Part shown: piece by piece, positions 51,328-54,771 of the stretch
Position numbering within the stretch: the first letter of the stretch is position 1
Layout: each line of letters begins with the position of its first letter
Source of the DNA: Parcubacteria group bacterium
GTDB lineage: Bacteria > Patescibacteriota > Minisyncoccia > Phycocordibacterales > CSBR16-119
Length of the DNA: 54,771 nucleotides
NCBI GenBank assembly: GCA_943356745.1
Contig: CALRFT010000005.1
Location: 1-54,771 of the forward strand
Direction: 5' to 3'
The notes under the pieces: model-generated
Told to the model about the DNA's origin: nothing
What the model saw: only the letters and a program-made list of their open reading frames with translations
The model's database searches: none
Position numbers and translations under genes: made by a program

Positions 51328-51360
51328 ACAAAAAGAGTTCCCTGTGGGAACTCTTTTTGT
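51328..51360 (-). terminator. intrinsic terminator
   Basis: ACAAAAAGAGTTCCC-TGT-GGGAACTCTTTTTGT. Confidence 0.8.
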
Positions 51361-51370
51361 TTTAAGATAT

Positions 51371-52399
51371 TTAGATTGAGGTATATCGCCCATCTTCAAG
51401 ACGTGTGAAATACTGTGGGTTTTGGAGATTAACAAGAATAGTGTTTCGTTTAAGGAAACGTTCTTTCATAACATGGTCCACGATCTCATCGCGAGTAAGT
51501 GGTCCATATTTTTCAAGAATTTCTTTGATAACATCTCGAACAACTCCTGGTTTGTATCCCCATTCTCGGAGACCATACTTACCTCGTCCAACCAAAACAA
51601 ATCGGCTGTCTTTAATAAGTTCATTGTGAGTTGTTGCTGGATGAGTTTTCTTTCCAAAGAGTTCTGTAATTGCCTCTGCAACTTCTCGGAAGTGCATTGG
51701 ATTACCATGCTTTCTCATAACAAGAAATGCATAATCTTTTACTCCTCGAACTTTTACATTCTTTGAGTGAGATTTCCCCCATTCATTGAGTGGGTTTGGA
51801 GAAACTTTTTTAGAAATTCGAAGCCATCGTTTTGCGATTTCAAGATCTCGATGTTCTTCATTGATATCTTTGATTTGTTGCAAAAGCTTATCAACGATTT
51901 CTGCCTCTGTCATGATTTCATCATCTTTCAAATTTTTATAAAGATTTTGAAGAGCGTCATGAACATTTGTAAGAATTTGATTATCTGTTGTCCATCGTGT
52001 TTTAAAGTACTCGTTTTCTTTGTGAAGCTTGAAGTGATCTCCAAGTACCAATAAGAAGTACAAATGATTTTGAGTTGCTTGATCATCAGCAAGAGCCTCA
52101 AGAAGTTCTTCCTCATTTACAGCTCCTCCAAGTTCATGAATCATTGTTTTGAGTTCATCAAAGTGAATTTGTGCTGATTCAAATTCATCTGATTTTCGGA
52201 TTGAATTGAGAGCAGAGTTTTCAATTTGACGTACTCGTTCTCGAGTGATGCCATATTTTTGACCAATAGCTTCAAGTGTTTTTCTTTGAGCATCTGTTTT
52301 CAGCCCAAACCGACTTGAAACCACGTCGAGTGATCGGTCACGAAGAGCCCCGAGAAGGTCTTTTGTGACTTGCTTTGGTTTAAATGATAATTTTGCCAT
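51371..52399 (-). CDS. sigma-70 region-4-like HTH protein with C-terminal HARE-HTH-like domain
   Basis: N-terminus ...RKTLEAIGQKYGITRERVRQIENSALNSIRK (region 4.2 pattern). C-terminus ...MHFREVAEAI...VLVGRGKYGLREWGY. Confidence 0.68.
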   Translation of the reverse strand: MAKLSFKPKQVTKDLLGALRDRSLDVVSSRFGLKTDAQRKTLEAIGQKYGITRERVRQIENSALNSIRKSDEFESAQIHFDELKTMIHELGGAVNEEELLEALADDQATQNHLYFLLVLGDHFKLHKENEYFKTRWTTDNQILTNVHDALQNLYKNLKDDEIMTEAEIVDKLLQQIKDINEEHRDLEIAKRWLRISKKVSPNPLNEWGKSHSKNVKVRGVKDYAFLVMRKHGNPMHFREVAEAITELFGKKTHPATTHNELIKDSRFVLVGRGKYGLREWGYKPGVVRDVIKEILEKYGPLTRDEIVDHVMKERFLKRNTILVNLQNPQYFTRLEDGRYTSI

Positions 52400-52448
52400 A
52401 GTATTTCAATTTAAATCTTAAAGCGGACTTATCCGTTCGCTATTTTGC

Positions 52449-52477
52449 ATAGTAGCATTTGACATACTTTTTGTCAA
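52449..52477 (-). promoter_or_regulatory. sigma70-type promoter
   Basis: TTGACA-17-TACTAT. The -35 is part of the inverted repeat TTGACA-N7-TGTCAA. Confidence 0.55.
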
Positions 52478-52493
52478 ATTGCCTAATCGGGTT

Positions 52494-53609
52494 TTAGAAT
52501 AATTGAATAATGTCTCGAACTGTGACTAAAACCATAAGTCCTATAAGGATTAAAAAGCCTGCACTGTTTATCCAAGAAGATGTTTTAGGGTTGATTGGAG
52601 AGCCTTTAATTGTCTCAATCAAAATAAAGAGGAGTCTTCCCCCATCCAGAGCAGGAAATGGCAAAAGGTTAATAATTGCAAGGTTTATTGATATAAGCGC
52701 AGTAATAACAACCACGAAAGAAAACCCAACTTCTATTGCATTTCCAACAACTGGAACAATACCTATCGGGCCTGTAATAGATCCTGTTTGTGATTTATCA
52801 CCAGTTACCAGTCCTTTCACAAGATCAATCAAAAAGTCAGCTGTACTTACACTGAGGTTCCAAGTTCTTTGAAGTCCTCTCCAAATTGCTTCATGTGGAG
52901 GAAGACGAAGTGTGCCAACCTTATCAAGAGCAATACCAAGAGCAGGATTTTCCTGACCTTCATATAATCCATATGCTGGAGAAAGAGTGATTTCAAAAAC
53001 TTCATTTTTTCTTTCAACTTCCAATACAACTTCCTGAACTCCCTTTCCCTCAAAAGCAGATGAAAGATCCGCTGGTTCAGAAATAGAAATCTCTGTTCCG
53101 TTTGGATATGTCAGAGATGTGATTGTGTCACCAACAAAAATTTCAGCTTGATCTGCTGGAGAATCTGGGAAAACTTCTACAACAGAAACTGAAACATTTT
53201 TCATCTTGTCTCCATAACTTTCATCATAGAGTGTTGGTGAACCAACCATAAACATAACAGCAAGAATAAGCCATGCAAAAAGAAAATTAAAGAGTGGACC
53301 AGCAATAAGAACAGCCGCTTGTGTTCTTTTTTTCTTGCTTACGAAACTGTCATTTTGACCAGCTCCTTCTTCTCCATTTTCACCGAAGATTTTTACGAAT
53401 CCTCCAAATGGAATCCAGTTGAGAGTAAAGTCTGTTCCGTTTTTAGTAAAAAGTTTTTTTGCTCGTGGAGGAAATCCAAATCCAAATTCATCAACTCGGA
53501 TTCCAGATTTTTTGGCAACAATAAAATGCCCAAATTCATGAACAACGACCAAAATAGCTAAAATAAGTATAAACGCGATAATTGAAATTAAAAGTGACAT
53601 ACTGCTCAA
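52494..53609 (-). CDS. rseP: site-2 (M50) intramembrane zinc metalloprotease RseP
   Basis: HEFGHF zinc motif in TM1, a central PDZ-like domain, and NLLPFPALDGG. Confidence 0.9.
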   Translation of the reverse strand: MSSMSLLISIIAFILILAILVVVHEFGHFIVAKKSGIRVDEFGFGFPPRAKKLFTKNGTDFTLNWIPFGGFVKIFGENGEEGAGQNDSFVSKKKRTQAAVLIAGPLFNFLFAWLILAVMFMVGSPTLYDESYGDKMKNVSVSVVEVFPDSPADQAEIFVGDTITSLTYPNGTEISISEPADLSSAFEGKGVQEVVLEVERKNEVFEITLSPAYGLYEGQENPALGIALDKVGTLRLPPHEAIWRGLQRTWNLSVSTADFLIDLVKGLVTGDKSQTGSITGPIGIVPVVGNAIEVGFSFVVVITALISINLAIINLLPFPALDGGRLLFILIETIKGSPINPKTSSWINSAGFLILIGLMVLVTVRDIIQLF

Positions 53610-53649
53610 GTATAAAGGAAAACGAGAAAACTAGAAAGGAGGAATTGAA

Positions 53650-53731
53650 AAACAAAAAAGCGATTCCTTTCGGAATCGCTTTTTCACACTAGCTACACCG
53701 TAGCTTGTGTGAGTTCTTTTCTTTCTTTTTT
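53650..53731 (-). repeat. 82-nt duplicated 3' module (last 13 codons + stop hairpin + terminator), copy A
   Basis: Three differences from 54339..54420. Contains AAAAAAGCGATTCC-TTTC-GGAATCGCTTTTT plus a second hairpin spanning the stop codon. Confidence 0.85.
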
Positions 53732-54262
53732 CTTCAGCCAAAGGTAGCGGAAGACGTAGGATGTAACACAGGATGCGATGATGAATGCAGCATCAACAGC
53801 AACACCAACAGCAGCAGCAAGTATATACACAAACAAAAGATACCTAGTCTTTTCTTTTGGAATTGAGATGCTAGATAGCAGCAAAAAACCAAACGGTAAT
53901 ACCATACAAAAAATAAGGTAGTACCAGCTCATTACTGGTGGTGATTCTTTCAGTACAGATTGTTCTACATTTCCATTTTGAATGGAGAAACCTTGTACAA
54001 CTTCTGAGAACATAGGCGGGAAAAGCTGAGTCATTTTTTGTGTACTTCTTAACACTACTCCTCCCTGAAAGAGAATTGCTTTTTCTCTATCGTCGAAGGT
54101 AACGCCTGTATAGTTGGTGAAAGATAATCTCTCGATAACTCGCGTCTCTTTAATAGTTGCTGTAATAACACCAGCAGAGTCTATGTAGGTTATTTCTGTT
54201 TGTGCTTGTAATACACAAGAAAAGAGAAAGAAAGATAAGAAAATAAATATTAGATTTTTCAT
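53693..54262 (-). CDS. membrane protein with signal/lipobox-like N-terminus, hypothetical
   Basis: ATG at 54262 (MKNLIFIFLSFFLFSC...), a ~100-aa external domain, TM helices, and tail LKKKERKELTQATV. Confidence 0.6.
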   Translation of the reverse strand: MKNLIFIFLSFFLFSCVLQAQTEITYIDSAGVITATIKETRVIERLSFTNYTGVTFDDREKAILFQGGVVLRSTQKMTQLFPPMFSEVVQGFSIQNGNVEQSVLKESPPVMSWYYLIFCMVLPFGFLLLSSISIPKEKTRYLLFVYILAAAVGVAVDAAFIIASCVTSYVFRYLWLKKKERKELTQATV

Positions 54263-54338
54263 AGGGCAAAATGGTTTTTGTTCCCATTGAAAATAAAGTA
54301 TTTTTATAGATTTGTCAAACAAAATCCATGTTTAGAAT

Positions 54339-54420
54339 AAACAAAAAGCGATTCCTTTCGGAATCGCTTTTTCACACAAGCTACACCGTAGTTTGTGTGA
54401 GTTCTTTTCTTTCTTTTTTT
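54339..54420 (-). repeat. 82-nt duplicated 3' module, copy B
   Basis: See 53650..53731. Confidence 0.85.
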
Positions 54421-54770
54421 TTGAATTGCCACTGTCTCAAAATGAATGAGACGATGCAAGATAGAACAATGAAGACAATGTATTGGTTTCCTAAGGTTTT
54501 GTCAACAGCAGAGACAAAAGCGACACCAGCAACAGTAAGAATAATTGTGATAATAGAAAGGAAAGCAATGGCGCCAGCGAAGACATCAGCACTAACACTA
54601 ACAATAATAGCTATACTAGCCATAATAGCAGCAGCAGCAACAGCATAATCAACAGCGATAACAGCAGCAATGGCGGAAATGGCAGTAATAACAAAAGTGG
54701 CGCCAGTAGCAGTAAGAACACTGATGTAGGACAAGATAATATTTCTTGTTTTTACCTTTTTTTGCAGGGA
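54381..54770 (-). CDS. Ala/Ile/Val-rich polytopic membrane protein, hypothetical; 5' end probably beyond window edge
   Basis: The frame is open from the window edge (SLQKKVKTRNII precedes the listed TTG). Tail FKKKERKELTQTTV is shared with the neighbouring gene. Confidence 0.5.
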   Translation of the reverse strand, partial: SLQKKVKTRNIILSYISVLTATGATFVITAISAIAAVIAVDYAVAAAAIMASIAIIVSVSADVFAGAIAFLSIITIILTVAGVAFVSAVDKTLGNQYIVFIVLSCIVSFILRQWQFKKKERKELTQTTV

Positions 54771-54771
54771 T

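Noticed and set aside
1-54771. Possibility of an alternative genetic code (UGA recoding, as in some candidate-phyla lineages), and presence of tRNA, rRNA, tmRNA or RNase P genes.
   Set aside because: All recognisable genes are full length and uninterrupted under the standard bacterial code, and I saw no in-frame TGA problems. Scanning the intergenic regions by eye found no tRNA-like T-arm (GGTTCGAATCC-type), tmRNA ends or RNase P P4 motifs. A proper tRNAscan/Infernal run is still advisable.

Overview
An AT-rich, tightly packed chromosomal segment with about 70 protein genes, most on the minus strand. I found no rRNA, tRNA, CRISPR array, transposase or integrase by eye.

Most of the content is housekeeping:
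- A division and cell-wall operon: scpA-scpB-dac-mraY-ftsW-murG-gltX.
- aspS behind a T-box leader.
- trpS, dnaB-recR, rplU, cysS and csp.
- A chaperone operon: grpE-dnaK-(small ORFs)-dnaJ.
- rpsI/rplM, and the 3' part of the ribosomal superoperon: infA-rpmJ-rpsM-rpsK-rpsD-rpoA-rplQ.
- alaS, gdhA, mnmA, an epsilon-like exonuclease, mltG, a sigma-region-4/HARE-HTH protein and rseP.

Several features point to a reduced-genome bacterium, plausibly Patescibacteria/CPR-like. This is inference only. They are: shortened aaRSs (AspRS without the GAD insertion, AlaRS without C-Ala), Cys-less L36, RecR and DnaJ, almost no Shine-Dalgarno motifs, and many -10 boxes sitting 6-9 nt from ATG.

The clearest accessory element is a 2.1-kb cassette at 43.1-45.3 kb, bracketed by 59-nt direct repeats and inserted between gdhA and alaS. 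It encodes an 8x 34/38-aa tandem-repeat protein with a hypervariable loop, and an AdoMetDC-like::SET/post-SET fusion protein.

Other points of interest:
- A short-Stem-I Asp T-box.
- A PaaX-like regulator with a perfect 16-bp palindrome in place of hrcA/CIRCE at the grpE promoter.
- A long hairpin between dnaK and dnaJ.
- A structured rpmA leader.
- Orphan promoter-terminator mini-transcription units.
- Two paralogous membrane proteins sharing a duplicated 3' module next to rseP.
- An ORF-free stretch of nearly 800 bp (2456..3231) where transcription converges.

All coordinates and motifs were read by eye. Homology calls are from remembered family signatures and need HMM or structure confirmation.
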